The notes: generated by a model not told the origin, from the sequence alone. DNA of 64,000 nt from an uncultured Lachnospiraceae bacterium (GCA_902781215.1 CACZIO010000001.1:57307-121306); one strand, 5' to 3'; counted from the first letter of the stretch, positions 48,126 through 58,721 are shown. Numbers and translations are program-made.

Positions 48126-49100
48126 ATGCAGATACTGGAAGAACTGAAGGGGTGCGCGACGATCGGGATCAGCGGCCATGAAAATCCGGACGGGGACTGT
48201 GCGGGGGCCTGCCTGGGGCTGGCCCTCTACCTGCGCAAGGTCATGCCGCAGGCCCGCGTCGACGTTTTCCTCGAGCCTCTGCGGGATGAGCTCTATAAAA
48301 ACATTCCCGGGGCTGAAACGGTCATCACGGACTTTCAGACGGATGTCGATGCCTACGACGCCTTTGTCGTGCTCGATTCCGCCAAGGACCGCATCGGACC
48401 TGCGGAAAACTTTTTTGACAGGGCCGAAAAGACCATCAATATCGACCACCACATCAGCAATCCGGGGACGGGCATGGTCAATTATGTCAACGGACAGTCC
48501 AGCAGCGCCTGCGAGCTGGTCTGTGAGCTGGTCGACTTCAGCCTGGTCGACCGCGACATCGCCCAGGCCCTGTATGTGGGCATCGTGACGGATACCGGAT
48601 GCTTCCGCTTTTCCTCGACTTCCAGGAAGACCATGGAGGTCGCGGGCCGGCTGATGACTTACGGCTTTGACTTTCCGACCATCGTCCGCGAGGTCTATTT
48701 TGAGAAGACATGGGTCCAGCAGCGTGTGCTGGGCAGGGCCCTGATGAAGAGCAAGTCCTATCTGGGCGGAAAGATCATCGTCAGCAGGCTGGCGCACGAG
48801 ACCATCCTCTCGCTGGGCGGCGTCGGCAGGGATGTGGAGGGCATCGTCAGCGCGCTGGTCTCCACGGCGGGTGCCGACTGTTCCATCTTTGCCCACGAGC
48901 GGTCCACAGGTGAGTGGCGTGTCAGCTTCCGGTCCAACAGCATCGTGAATGTCGCCGAAATCGCGCAGAGATACGGCGGCGGCGGGCACATCCGCGCCAG
49001 CGGCTGTACGATCGGCAGGGAGCGCAATATCGAAATGGTCATCCGGGAGATGGTCGAGGCGGCCGCTGCCCAGCTCAGGGCTGCGGAAGAGAAGGGATAG
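48126..49100 (+). CDS. DHH/DHHA1 family phosphoesterase (NrnA-like nanoRNase/pAp phosphatase)
   Basis: HENPDGD, VLDS, IDHH, GIVTDTG, GGGHIRASG. Confidence 0.92.
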   Translation: MQILEELKGCATIGISGHENPDGDCAGACLGLALYLRKVMPQARVDVFLEPLRDELYKNIPGAETVITDFQTDVDAYDAFVVLDSAKDRIGPAENFFDRAEKTINIDHHISNPGTGMVNYVNGQSSSACELVCELVDFSLVDRDIAQALYVGIVTDTGCFRFSSTSRKTMEVAGRLMTYGFDFPTIVREVYFEKTWVQQRVLGRALMKSKSYLGGKIIVSRLAHETILSLGGVGRDVEGIVSALVSTAGADCSIFAHERSTGEWRVSFRSNSIVNVAEIAQRYGGGGHIRASGCTIGRERNIEMVIREMVEAAAAQLRAAEEKG

Positions 49101-49189
49101 ATGCCCGACAGCATTATTTTATGCCTGCATACCTGCGTGCGCCGGTATATTCGGAAAGACCAATAACGAACAAGGAACGATCACAATAT

Positions 49190-50281
49190 ATGTATCATGG
49201 AATGTTGACGGTTTATAAGGAAAAGGGCTATACCTCCAGCGATGCCGTTGCCCGTCTGCGGGGGATCCTGCGGATGCGGAAGATCGGCCACACCGGGACC
49301 CTGGATCCGGATGCGGAGGGGGTCCTTCCCATGTGTCTGGGCAGAGCCACCAGGATCTGCGAGCTGATCGCGGACCGGGAAAAGGAATACAGGGCGGTCA
49401 TGCGGCTGGGAGTCAGGACGGACACCCAGGATATGAGCGGAACCGTTCTGGAAGAGATCTCAGACCGGGAGGTGGCGGAACGGCTCGGCCCTCCGGAGGA
49501 GGCGGCTCAGAGGATCCGGGAGGCGGCCGGCAGGCTGACCGGACAGATCGACCAGATCCCTCCCATGTACTCCGCGGTCAAGATCAACGGAAAGCGTCTC
49601 TACGACATGGCCCGCAAGGGGATCACGGTGGAGCGGAAGCCCCGCCGGATCACGGTCTACGGCATTGAGATCGAGGAGATTGCCCTGCCTCTGGTCACCA
49701 TGCGCGTCCGATGCTCCAAGGGGACCTACATCCGGACGCTCTGTGAGGATATGGGTGCCATTCTGGGGACCGGCGCTGCCATGCAGTCCCTTCTGCGCAC
49801 GCGGGTCGGACAGTTTGCGCTGGGCGAGGCGCGGACCCTGGACGAACTGGAGCGCCTGGCAAAGACAGAGCCGGAGAGCCTGGCCGCCCTGATCAGGCCG
49901 GTGGACAGCTTTTTTGCAGGCTGTCCCGCCGCCGCCTGTGCGGAGGCGGCGCAGAAGCTCCTCAAAAACGGCAATGCCCTGCGCCCGGCCCAGATCCGTC
50001 TCCTGACGGGCAGCCGGGATCCGCTGGCCCGGGACATGGCTGCGGGATCCTGCGCGGATGCGGGGACGGACCGTCCTGCAGCGCAGGGTCAGGCGGCAGG
50101 ACAGGACGGCGCCGCGGGACAGACAGTTGCGGACGCGGCGGACCGGCTGCTTCCGGGGATCAGCCCCGGGGAGGAAGTCGTCCGCATGTACGACAGCGCA
50201 GGCAGGTTCTTCGGACTCTACCGGCGCCCGGCGGGAAAAAGCCTCTATACTTCGTATAAAATGTTTATTCCGGAAGACTGA
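49190..50281 (+). CDS. truB: tRNA pseudouridine(55) synthase TruB with C-terminal insertion
   Basis: KEKGYTS, GHTGTLDP, PPMYSAVK, CSKGTYIRTL. Confidence 0.96.
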   Translation: MYHGMLTVYKEKGYTSSDAVARLRGILRMRKIGHTGTLDPDAEGVLPMCLGRATRICELIADREKEYRAVMRLGVRTDTQDMSGTVLEEISDREVAERLGPPEEAAQRIREAAGRLTGQIDQIPPMYSAVKINGKRLYDMARKGITVERKPRRITVYGIEIEEIALPLVTMRVRCSKGTYIRTLCEDMGAILGTGAAMQSLLRTRVGQFALGEARTLDELERLAKTEPESLAALIRPVDSFFAGCPAAACAEAAQKLLKNGNALRPAQIRLLTGSRDPLARDMAAGSCADAGTDRPAAQGQAAGQDGAAGQTVADAADRLLPGISPGEEVVRMYDSAGRFFGLYRRPAGKSLYTSYKMFIPED

Positions 50282-50339
50282 GCAGATCAATCCGGGCCTG
50301 CTGCTGCGGCCCCGGGACACACAAAAATACAGGAACATC

Positions 50340-51260
50340 ATGCAGATTGTCAGAGATATTACAGATTATGTGAGCCCGGGAGAGACCGCTGTCTCGATCG
50401 GCAAATTCGACGGTGTCCATCTGGGTCACCGCAGGCTTTTAGAGGAACTCCTCGACCAGAAGGAGAAGGGCCTTCTGGCGACGGTCTTCACCTTTGACCC
50501 CTATCCGGAGATCTTTTTCGGATATGGATCAGGTCAGATCCTGACCACACGGGAGGAGAAGGAGGAGATCTTTGCGCGGATGGGGATCGACATCCTGGTC
50601 GAGTTCCCCTTCAACGCGCAGACCGCGGCGACACCCTCGAGGGACTTCGTGACCCGCTTTCTGTGCAGACAGCTCCGGGCCCGCTTTATCGCCGCCGGCC
50701 CCGACCTGACCTTCGGCGATCACGGGAGCGGCCATTTCGAGCTGCTGGAGGAGCTGGCGCCGGAGTACGGCTTCAAGGCCAGGAAGATCGAGAAGGTGGT
50801 CATGGACGAGCAGATCATCAGCTCCACCCTGATCCGCCGCCTGGTCACAACGGGCGAGGTGACGACGGCCGCCAGGTATCTGGGGGAGCCCTACATGGTG
50901 CGGGGAAAGATCGTCCACGGCAGGGCGCTCGGACGCACGATCGGGATCCCGACCCTCAACCAGGTGCCGCCTGCGGACAAGCTCCTGCCGCCCTTCGGCG
51001 TCTACTATTCCGATGTGCAGATCGGCTCTAAGACCTACTGCGGCATGACCAATATCGGCGTCAAGCCGACCGTCTCCGATGAGAAGCATGTGACCGTGGA
51101 GACCTTCCTCTATGATTTCAAGGGGGATGTCTACGGGGAGACGGCGACGGTGCAGCTTCTGACCCACCGGCGGCCGGAAATGAAGTTCGGATCGCTGGAG
51201 GAACTGAAGCGGACCATGGAACAGGACATCCAGGCTGGCCGCGAATACCACGGAATTTAG
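50340..51260 (+). CDS. ribF: Bifunctional riboflavin kinase/FAD synthetase
   Basis: GKFDGVHLGH, ISSTLIR, GRTIGIPTLN, NIGVKPT, ETFLYDF. Confidence 0.96.
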   Translation: MQIVRDITDYVSPGETAVSIGKFDGVHLGHRRLLEELLDQKEKGLLATVFTFDPYPEIFFGYGSGQILTTREEKEEIFARMGIDILVEFPFNAQTAATPSRDFVTRFLCRQLRARFIAAGPDLTFGDHGSGHFELLEELAPEYGFKARKIEKVVMDEQIISSTLIRRLVTTGEVTTAARYLGEPYMVRGKIVHGRALGRTIGIPTLNQVPPADKLLPPFGVYYSDVQIGSKTYCGMTNIGVKPTVSDEKHVTVETFLYDFKGDVYGETATVQLLTHRRPEMKFGSLEELKRTMEQDIQAGREYHGI

Positions 51261-51263
51261 TAC

Positions 51264-51292
51264 TTGCCACCGGCCCTGAGATATGCTATGAT
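51264..51292 (+). promoter_or_regulatory. Sigma-A promoter for rpsO (extended -10)
   Basis: TTGCCA-17 nt-TATGAT preceded by TGC. Confidence 0.7.
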
Positions 51293-51334
51293 AACTCACG
51301 TTCGTGCGTCATGATGCACGGATGAGAAACGTTG

Positions 51335-51400
51335 TGCCGATGCTCTGCGGGTGGACACTCCGACCTCCGCGCGGCATCCTGTGAATGTCCAGAACAGGAG
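51335..51400 (+). promoter_or_regulatory. S15 autoregulatory leader-like RNA
   Basis: gcgg-gtggacactccgacct-ccgc hairpin within flanking pairing, just before the rpsO RBS; resembles the Firmicutes S15 leader. Confidence 0.5.
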
Positions 51401-51407
51401 GAACAAT

Positions 51408-51674
51408 ATGATTTCCAAAGAGAAGAAAACCGCGATCATGCAGGAATATGCCCGCAAGGAAGGCGACACCGGTTCACCCGAGGTTCAGATCGCTGTCCTG
51501 ACCGAGCGTATCCGCGAGCTCACCGAGCACATCAAGGTGCACCCCAAGGATCATCACTCCAGGCGCGGCCTGCAGAAGATGGTCGGTAAGCGCAGAGGTC
51601 TCCTCGACTATGTCAAGAGAAACGACATCGAGGAATACCGTGCACTGATCAAGAGGCTCGGCATCAGAAAGTAA
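51408..51674 (+). CDS. rpsO: 30S ribosomal protein S15
   Basis: [27 protein letters not shown]. Confidence 0.98.
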   Translation: MISKEKKTAIMQEYARKEGDTGSPEVQIAVLTERIRELTEHIKVHPKDHHSRRGLQKMVGKRRGLLDYVKRNDIEEYRALIKRLGIRK

Positions 51675-51743
51675 TCGATGCATGCCGCATTCTGACAGTC
51701 CTCTGTCAGCGTCCGGCGGCAGAAGCCTTCAGGATTTTCCAGG

Positions 51744-51778
51744 CGGCAGGAGCCGGCAGACCGGTTCCTGCCGTTTTT
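51744..51778 (+). terminator. Intrinsic terminator after rpsO
   Basis: cggcaggagccgg/ccggttcctgccg 13-bp stem, caga loop, ttttt. Confidence 0.85.
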
Positions 51779-51887
51779 CGCAGGCAGCTCCCGCCCGGAC
51801 GGGTTTTCGAAAAAAGAAGAGACGTGGAGAGAAGAGAAGTAAAGTAAGGTAAAAGCCGCGCCTTTAGCGCGGCAGGAGGAATTGAGA

Positions 51888-54005
51888 ATGTACAAGACCT
51901 ATTCACTGGAAGTCGGCGGGCGCACGCTGAGCGTCGACATCGGACGCATCGGCAAGCAGGCCGGCGGCTGCGCATTCATGCACTACGGCGACACGACGGT
52001 CGCCTGCTTTGCGACGGCTTCCGAGAAACCCCGCGACGGGATCGACTTTTTCCCGCTGAGCGTGGAGTACACAGAGCGCTTTTACGCGGCCGGCAAGATC
52101 CCCGGCGGCTTCAACAAGCGCGAGGGACGTCCCAGCGAAAACGCTGTCCTGACCAGCCGTGTCATCGACCGCCCCATGCGGCCCCTGTTCCCCAAGGACA
52201 TGCGCAACGACGTGACCCTGGAGTGCCTGGTCCAGAGTGTTGACCCCGCCTGCAGACCCGAGCTGGTCGCCATGGTCGGTGCCGCGCTCGCGACGGCGAT
52301 CTCCGATATTCCCTTCAACGGCCCCGTCGCCATGACCCAGATCGGCATGGTGGACGGCGAAGCCATCATCAACCCCTCCCAGGAGCAGTGGGACAAGGGC
52401 GACCTCCAGCTGACCGTCGCCTCCCGCGAGGACAAGGTCATGATGATCGAGGCCGGCGCCAACGAGATCCCCGAGGAGGAGATGATCCGCTGCATCTATA
52501 TGGCGGACGAGCAGAACAAGAAGATCATCGAGTGGATCAAGGGCATCGTCGCCGAGTGCGGCAAGCCCAAGAGAGCCTATGAGAGCTGCGCGATCCCCGA
52601 GGAGCTCTTCGCCGCCATCAAGGAGATCGTTCCTCCCGCACAGATGGAGGAGGCCGTCTTCACAGATGACAAGCAGACCCGCGAGGGCAATGTCTCCGTC
52701 TTCAAGGACAAGCTCCGCGAGGCATTCGCAGATAAGGAAGAGTGGCTGTCCATCCTCGACGAGGCAGTTTACCAGTATGAGAAGAAGACCGTCCGCAAGA
52801 TGATCCTCAAGGACCACAAGCGTCCCGACGGCCGCGCGCTCGACCAGATCCGTCCCCTGTCCGCAGAGGTCGACATCATCCCCCGTGTCCATGGCTCCGC
52901 CATGTTCACCCGCGGCCAGACCCAGATCTGTGACGTCGTCACTCTGGCGCCCCTGTCCGAGGCCCAGCGCGTCGAGGGTCTTGACCCCAACATCACCGAG
53001 AAGCGCTATGTCCACCACTACAACTTCCCGTCCTACTCTGTGGGCGAGACCAGGGTCTCCAGAGGTCCCGGCCGCCGCGAGCAGGGCCACGGCGCCCTGG
53101 CGGAGCGCGCACTGATCCCCGTGCTGCCCTCCATCGAGGAGTTCCCCTACGCGATCCGTGCCGTCTCCGAGACCTTTGAGTCCAACGGCTCCACCTCCAT
53201 GGCTTCGACCTGCGCGTCCTGCATGGCCTTGATGGCAGCAGGCGTCCCGATCAAGAAGCCTGTCGGCGGCATCAGCTGCGGCCTTGTCACCGGTGAGACC
53301 GATGACGACTTCGTCCTGCTGACTGATATCCAGGGTCTCGAGGACTTCTTCGGCGACATGGACTTCAAGGTGACCGGTACAAAGGACGGCATCACCGCCA
53401 TCCAGATGGACATCAAGATCCCCGGCCTGACCAGGGACATCGTCACCGGCGCGATCGCCCGCTGCCGCGAGGCCCGCATGTTCATCATGGACGGTGTCAT
53501 GCACGACGCCATCCCTGCGCCCCGTGAGACCGTCAACGAGTACGCGCCCAAGATCGACTTCCTGCAGATCGATCCCGAGAAGATCGGCGATGTTGTCGGC
53601 CAGCGCGGCAAGACCATCAACGAGATCATCAAGCGCACCGGCGTCCAGATCGACATCAACGACGACGGCAGTGTCTCTGTCTGCGGCAGTGAGCAGAAGG
53701 GCATGGATGAAGCCAAGCGCATGATCAAGACCATCGTCACCGACTTCGAGGAGGGCCAGATCCTGGACGGCGTTGTTGTCAGCATCAAGGAGTTCGGCGC
53801 CTTCGTCGAGTTCGCGCCCGGCAAGGAAGGCATGGTCCACATCTCCAAGATCGCCCCTCAGCGCATCGAGCATGTCGAGGATGTCCTCACGCTCGGCGAC
53901 AAGGTGCGTGTCGTCTGCCTGGGCAAGGACCGCATGGGCCGTCTGTCCTTCTCCATCAAGGACGCCCAGAAGGGTGCCGGCAACGGCGGCAGAAGGCGCA
54001 GATAA
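51888..54005 (+). CDS. pnp: Polyribonucleotide nucleotidyltransferase (PNPase)
   Basis: DFFPLSVEY, RPDGR, HGSAMFTRGQTQ, ESNGSTSMA, GDMDFKV, KH and S1 domains. Confidence 0.98.
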   Translation: MYKTYSLEVGGRTLSVDIGRIGKQAGGCAFMHYGDTTVACFATASEKPRDGIDFFPLSVEYTERFYAAGKIPGGFNKREGRPSENAVLTSRVIDRPMRPLFPKDMRNDVTLECLVQSVDPACRPELVAMVGAALATAISDIPFNGPVAMTQIGMVDGEAIINPSQEQWDKGDLQLTVASREDKVMMIEAGANEIPEEEMIRCIYMADEQNKKIIEWIKGIVAECGKPKRAYESCAIPEELFAAIKEIVPPAQMEEAVFTDDKQTREGNVSVFKDKLREAFADKEEWLSILDEAVYQYEKKTVRKMILKDHKRPDGRALDQIRPLSAEVDIIPRVHGSAMFTRGQTQICDVVTLAPLSEAQRVEGLDPNITEKRYVHHYNFPSYSVGETRVSRGPGRREQGHGALAERALIPVLPSIEEFPYAIRAVSETFESNGSTSMASTCASCMALMAAGVPIKKPVGGISCGLVTGETDDDFVLLTDIQGLEDFFGDMDFKVTGTKDGITAIQMDIKIPGLTRDIVTGAIARCREARMFIMDGVMHDAIPAPRETVNEYAPKIDFLQIDPEKIGDVVGQRGKTINEIIKRTGVQIDINDDGSVSVCGSEQKGMDEAKRMIKTIVTDFEEGQILDGVVVSIKEFGAFVEFAPGKEGMVHISKIAPQRIEHVEDVLTLGDKVRVVCLGKDRMGRLSFSIKDAQKGAGNGGRRRR

Positions 54006-54074
54006 GCTGCGGGACGGTAAATCGTTCAGCAGGCGTCCTGTGACGCAGGGCGGTTTTAGAAATACAAGCGAAAA

Positions 54075-54108
54075 AAGAGGCAGCTCTCCGGAACTGCCTC
54101 TTACTTTT
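54075..54108 (+). terminator. Intrinsic terminator after pnp
   Basis: aagaggcag/ctgcctctt stem followed by actttt. Confidence 0.65.
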
Positions 54109-54177
54109 ACAGGTGACGGCAGTCCGTGCACGTTTCACTGCCGGCGAGCCCACCATAGTTTTGAGGTAGAAGGATAT

Positions 54178-55770
54178 ATGGCATCGATCAAAGAGGAAGT
54201 CGCGCGCCGGCGCACATTTGCGATCATTTCGCACCCGGACGCGGGTAAAACGACACTGACAGAGAAATTCCTGCTCTACGGCGGCGCGATCAACCTGGCC
54301 GGCAGCGTCAAGGGCAAGGCCACAGCGCGCCACGCGGTCTCCGACTGGATGGAGATCGAGAAGCAGAGAGGTATCTCCGTCACCAGCAGTGTGCTCCAGT
54401 TTGAGTACGGCGGCTGCTGTGTCAATCTTTTGGACACGCCCGGCCACCAGGATTTCTCGGAGGACACCTACCGCACCCTGATGGCGGCGGACTCCGCGGT
54501 CATGGTCATCGATGCCTCCAAGGGCGTCGAGGCCCAGACCAGAAAGCTCTTCCAGGTCTGCACCATGCGGCACATCCCCATCTTTACCTTCATCAACAAG
54601 ATGGACCGCGATGCCCTGGACACCTTCGACCTGCTCGATGACATCGAGAAAAACCTCGGGATCGACACTTGCCCCATGAACTGGCCCATCGGTTCGGGCA
54701 AGGCCTTCCGCGGCGTCTATGAGCGCTCAAGTCAGGAGATCATTCTCTACTCCGATACGGAAAAGGGCACCAGGGAGGGAAAACAGGAGCGGATTCCTCT
54801 CTCCGACGAGGCCGACGTGATCGCCCACATCGGCGAGGATCCCTACGAGACCCTCTCCGGCGAGGTGGAGCTTCTGGACGGCGCCAGCGCCGACTTTGAC
54901 CTCGACGCCGTGCGCGCGGGCATGCTGACACCGGTCTTTTTCGGGTCCGCCCTCAATAACTTCGGCGTGGAGATCTTCCTGCAGAATTTCCTGGACATGG
55001 CCCTTCCGCCCTCGGCCAGGGAGTCCGACCAGGGACCCATCGACCCTGTCGACGAGGGGTTCTCCGCCTTTGTCTTCAAGATCCAGGCCAACATGAACAA
55101 GGCCCACCGGGACCGCATCGCCTTTATGCGGATCTGCTCCGGCCGCTACGAGATCGGTATGGATGTCCGGCATGTCCAGTCGGGCCGCGTCCAGCGCCTG
55201 TCCCAGCCCCAGCAGCTCATGGCCAGCGACCGCAAGATCCTGGATGAGGCCTATGCGGGCGACATCATCGGCGTATTTGATCCGGGCCTCTACTCGATCG
55301 GCGACACCTTCTGCCTGCCCAAAAAGAATTTCCGCTACGAGGGCATCCCGACCTTCGCGCCCGAGCACTTTGCCCGCGTGCGCCAGGTCGACACCATGAA
55401 GCGCGACCAGTTCGTCAAGGGCATCACCCAGATCGCCCAGGAGGGCGCCATCCAGATCTTCCAGGAGTTCAACACCGGTATGGAGGAGATCATCTGCGGC
55501 GTCGTCGGCATGCTGCAGTTCGACGTCCTCAAATTCCGTCTCAAGAGCGAATACAATGTCGACATCATTTTGGAGACCCTGCCCTACGAGCACATCCGCT
55601 GGATCGTGAACAGGGACATCGACCCCATGAAGATCACCGGCACGACCGATATGAAGCGCATCAAGGACCTCAAGGGCAACCCCCTGCTGCTCTTCATCAA
55701 TCCCTGGTCGGTGGGCATGGTCCTGGACCGCAACGAGGGCCTGCAGCTGGAGAATTTCTCGAGAAACTGA
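54178..55770 (+). CDS. prfC: Peptide chain release factor 3
   Basis: RRRTFAIISHPDAGKTT, SDWMEIEKQRGIS, DTPGHQDFSED, NKMD. Confidence 0.98.
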   Translation: MASIKEEVARRRTFAIISHPDAGKTTLTEKFLLYGGAINLAGSVKGKATARHAVSDWMEIEKQRGISVTSSVLQFEYGGCCVNLLDTPGHQDFSEDTYRTLMAADSAVMVIDASKGVEAQTRKLFQVCTMRHIPIFTFINKMDRDALDTFDLLDDIEKNLGIDTCPMNWPIGSGKAFRGVYERSSQEIILYSDTEKGTREGKQERIPLSDEADVIAHIGEDPYETLSGEVELLDGASADFDLDAVRAGMLTPVFFGSALNNFGVEIFLQNFLDMALPPSARESDQGPIDPVDEGFSAFVFKIQANMNKAHRDRIAFMRICSGRYEIGMDVRHVQSGRVQRLSQPQQLMASDRKILDEAYAGDIIGVFDPGLYSIGDTFCLPKKNFRYEGIPTFAPEHFARVRQVDTMKRDQFVKGITQIAQEGAIQIFQEFNTGMEEIICGVVGMLQFDVLKFRLKSEYNVDIILETLPYEHIRWIVNRDIDPMKITGTTDMKRIKDLKGNPLLLFINPWSVGMVLDRNEGLQLENFSRN

Positions 55771-56016
55771 CAAAATCTCTCCGGAAGGGGCGCCCGCAGT
55801 CCGGACGGAAGAAATCCCGCAGCGTGTTTTTCCGCCGGATTTCCCGCCTGATATCGGCTATGCAAAAAAGGGGAATTCTGATAAAATAGAAAAAGCGCGG
55901 CGGGCTGGGCCCCTGAGCGTGCGCACAAGGCACAGACCGCTGAATCAGACAAATAGTGAAATGATTTCCGATGCAATATTTTTTGCTCCGGATGAACGAC
56001 CGGCAGGGAGGATACT

Positions 56017-56382
56017 ATGGCACAGGAAAAGAAAGTGAGTACAGTGGCGGATATCGGTACGGTCAGGATCGCGGATGATGTTGTGGCGATGATCGCCGCC
56101 TTTGCCGCGCTGGACGTGGAGGGCGTCGCAAGCCTTCCCGGAGATGTCACCCGCCAGATGATCAGCAAGGGCGGGATGAAGAAGATCGGAAAGAGCGTGC
56201 GCGTCGATGTCACCAAGGAGGGCGTCAAGGCGGAGCTTTCCATCATCGTAGACTACGGCTACAATATCCCGACGACCAGCAGCAGGGTCCAGAAGCGTGT
56301 CAAAAACGCCATCGAGGAGATGACGGGACTGGCTGTGATCGATGTCGACATCCATATCTCGGGGATCTCGATCCCGGACTGA
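56017..56382 (+). CDS. Asp23/Gls24 family envelope stress response protein
   Basis: GTVRIADDVVAMIA, VDYGYNIP, VQKRVKNAIEEMTGL; upstream of nusB. Confidence 0.92.
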   Translation: MAQEKKVSTVADIGTVRIADDVVAMIAAFAALDVEGVASLPGDVTRQMISKGGMKKIGKSVRVDVTKEGVKAELSIIVDYGYNIPTTSSRVQKRVKNAIEEMTGLAVIDVDIHISGISIPD

Positions 56383-56424
56383 CCGCCGGAGGAAGGTACT
56401 TATGAACAGAACTGCGCCCATATC

Positions 56425-56545
56425 GCGAAACTATGCGCGGCTTTGTTCTGCATGATTTTGCGCAAAATGAGCGGAATCCGAATGTTTGGAGCGCTGTGAG
56501 GGCGCCCGGGGCGCGAAACAGCGCGCAGCTTTGTTCTGCATGATT
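56425..56545 (+). repeat. Two 33-bp imperfect direct repeats upstream of nusB
   Basis: gcgaaactatgcgcggctttgttctgcatgatt (56425) and gcgaaacagcgcgcagctttgttctgcatgatt (56513). Confidence 0.85.
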
Positions 56546-56571
56546 GTGAAAAGGAGACCATAGCCACAAGT

Positions 56572-56979
56572 ATGAAACAGAGGGCATTCAGGGAGCAGGT
56601 GTTCAAGCTCCTGTTCAGGGCTGAATTTAACACGAGAGAGGAACTGCTGGAGCAGATCCCCCTCTATTTCGACGCAGGGGACCTGACCGTGACCGGTCCG
56701 GACCGGGCGAGGATCGAGGAGCGGCTGACCGCTGTCCTCGACGCCCTTCCCGCGATCGATGAGCAGATCGCGTCCAGGCTCAAAAACTGGAGGCCGGAGC
56801 GCATCGGCAAGGTCGAGCTCGCAGTGATCCGCATGACGGTCTACGAGCTGCAGAACGACCCGTCGATCCCGGTCGGCGTCGTGATCAATGACGCCGTTGA
56901 GATCGCCAAAAAATACGGGCAGGACGGAGCCGGTCAGTTTGTCAACGGTGTACTTGCCTCCTTTGTCCCCGGGGAATAA
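56572..56979 (+). CDS. nusB: Transcription antitermination factor NusB
   Basis: REQVFKLLF, ERIGKVELAVIR, INDAVEIAKKYG, FVNGVL. Confidence 0.95.
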   Translation: MKQRAFREQVFKLLFRAEFNTREELLEQIPLYFDAGDLTVTGPDRARIEERLTAVLDALPAIDEQIASRLKNWRPERIGKVELAVIRMTVYELQNDPSIPVGVVINDAVEIAKKYGQDGAGQFVNGVLASFVPGE

Positions 56980-57082
56980 CCGGGACTGCTGTCACGCCCC
57001 TCAGAGGGCCTGCACAGGACCGTGACCGGAGACCTTCCGGACCGGGCAGAGGCCGCAGGCAGTCATGGACGGGAGTACTTTC

Positions 57083-58414
57083 ATGAAGAATGTTTATTCC
57101 GTCTCCCAGATCAATGCATATGTCCGCCGCATGTTCGCGGAGGACTGGCTGCTGCGCAGCGTGCTGGTGCGGGGAGAGGTGAGCAACTGTAAATACCATG
57201 CTTCCGGTCATATTTATTTTACATTGAAAGATGCCTCCGGGACGTTGTCCTGCGTCATGTTCGCAGGCCGTCGAAGGGGGCTTTCTTTTCCCATGCAGAA
57301 CGGTGACCAGGTGATCGCGGCCGGCACGGTGGATGTCTATCAGAGGGCGGGCACCTATCAGCTCTATGCCTCCCAGATCATCCGCGACGGGGCGGGCGCC
57401 CTCGCCGAGCAGTTCGAGCGGCTCAAAAAAAAGCTGCTGGAGCAGGGCATGTTCGATGCGGCCTACAAGCAGCCCATCCCCCGCTATATCCGGCGGCTGG
57501 GCATTGTGACGGCGGCGACCGGGGCGGCCGTGCGCGATATCATCCAGATCGCCAGGCGCAGGAATCCCTATATCGAGATCTTCCTCTATCCGGCCATTGT
57601 CCAGGGGGAGGCAGCCGCCGACAGCCTTGTCCGCGGCATCCGGACCCTGGACGGGTTCGGCGTCGATGTGATCATCCTGGGCCGGGGCGGCGGTTCTCTC
57701 GAGGACCTGTGGGCCTTCAACGAGGAGCGCGTCGCGGAGGCTGTCTTCAACTGCGCGACCCCGACGATCTCGGCGGTCGGCCACGAGACGGACACGGTGA
57801 TCACGGACTTTGTCGCAGACCTGCGCGCCCCGACGCCGTCCGCGGCTGCCGAGCTGGCCGTCTATGACCTGCGCCAGTATGAGGACACGGTCTCCGAATA
57901 CCGCAGGCGGCTTGAGACCGCCATGGCGGACCGGATCCAGCGCCTGCGGAGCGATCTGCGGCAGCGGGAGCGCGACCTGGGGCACCTGTCCCCGGACGCC
58001 AGGATCCGGGACCAGCGCATGCGGGCGGACCGGGCCTGGGAGGCACTTGCCCAGCGGATGGACGAGCGCATCGAGAGGTGCAGGCAACGGACCGGCCAGC
58101 AGGAGACACTCTACTATCTGATGCGGGAATCGCTCCAGACAGCCCGCCGCCGGGCGGCTTCCTACGACCGGATCGGCCATCTGATGGACAGCTCACTTGC
58201 GGGAAAGCGCCACAGGATGGAGCTGCTGGCCGGGTCCCTCGCCCACCTGTCCCCCCTGGCCCGTCTGAGCGGCGGGTATGGATTTGTCTCCGGTCCGGAT
58301 GGCAGGGCCATACGGACGGTGACGGACCTGCAGGAGGGGGACCCTTTCCGCGTGCAGCTCCGGGACGGCCGGATCGATGCCGCGGCTGTGGAGATCCATC
58401 CGGACGGGGCCTGA
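57083..58414 (+). CDS. xseA: Exodeoxyribonuclease VII large subunit
   Basis: VRGEVSN, SGHIYFTLKD, RGGGSLEDLWAFN, SAVGHETD, RAPTPSAAAE. Confidence 0.97.
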   Translation: MKNVYSVSQINAYVRRMFAEDWLLRSVLVRGEVSNCKYHASGHIYFTLKDASGTLSCVMFAGRRRGLSFPMQNGDQVIAAGTVDVYQRAGTYQLYASQIIRDGAGALAEQFERLKKKLLEQGMFDAAYKQPIPRYIRRLGIVTAATGAAVRDIIQIARRRNPYIEIFLYPAIVQGEAAADSLVRGIRTLDGFGVDVIILGRGGGSLEDLWAFNEERVAEAVFNCATPTISAVGHETDTVITDFVADLRAPTPSAAAELAVYDLRQYEDTVSEYRRRLETAMADRIQRLRSDLRQRERDLGHLSPDARIRDQRMRADRAWEALAQRMDERIERCRQRTGQQETLYYLMRESLQTARRRAASYDRIGHLMDSSLAGKRHRMELLAGSLAHLSPLARLSGGYGFVSGPDGRAIRTVTDLQEGDPFRVQLRDGRIDAAAVEIHPDGA

Positions 58415-58460
58415 GTGGGGCGTCATTGTTTTTTTCTCAGATAACAGCGGGGAAGATGAT

Positions 58461-58721
58461 ATGGATAAGGTGATGAATGAGAATCTCGCGGAGGCTCCTG
58501 ACCAGCTCTCCGTCGAGGAGGCATTTGACCAGCTTGAAGGCCTGATCAAACGGATGGAAGAGGACGGGATCTCCCTGGAGGAGTCCTTTGCCTGCTATGA
58601 GAAGGGGATCCGCCTGGTCAGGTACTGCAATGACCGGATCGACCATGTGGAGAAGAAGGTCCGGATGCTGCGCGGCGAAGGACAGACCCCGTCCGGGGAA
58701 CTGGAGGACCTTCAGGTCTGA
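58461..58721 (+). CDS. xseB: Exodeoxyribonuclease VII small subunit
   Basis: SVEEAFDQLEGLIKRME...SLEESFACYEKG. Confidence 0.93.
   Translation: MDKVMNENLAEAPDQLSVEEAFDQLEGLIKRMEEDGISLEESFACYEKGIRLVRYCNDRIDHVEKKVRMLRGEGQTPSGELEDLQV

Noticed and set aside
51903-54131. 742-aa minus-strand ORF
   Set aside because: Antisense shadow of pnp
53773-54177. Long 5' extensions in the ORF track for prfC, truB, ribF, rimP, rplS and ylxM
   Set aside because: Homology and RBS positions support downstream starts; the extensions overlap upstream genes, promoters or terminators
56425-56545. Possible CRISPR mini-array (33-bp repeats)
   Set aside because: Only two imperfect copies, a 55-nt gap, and no cas genes or leader
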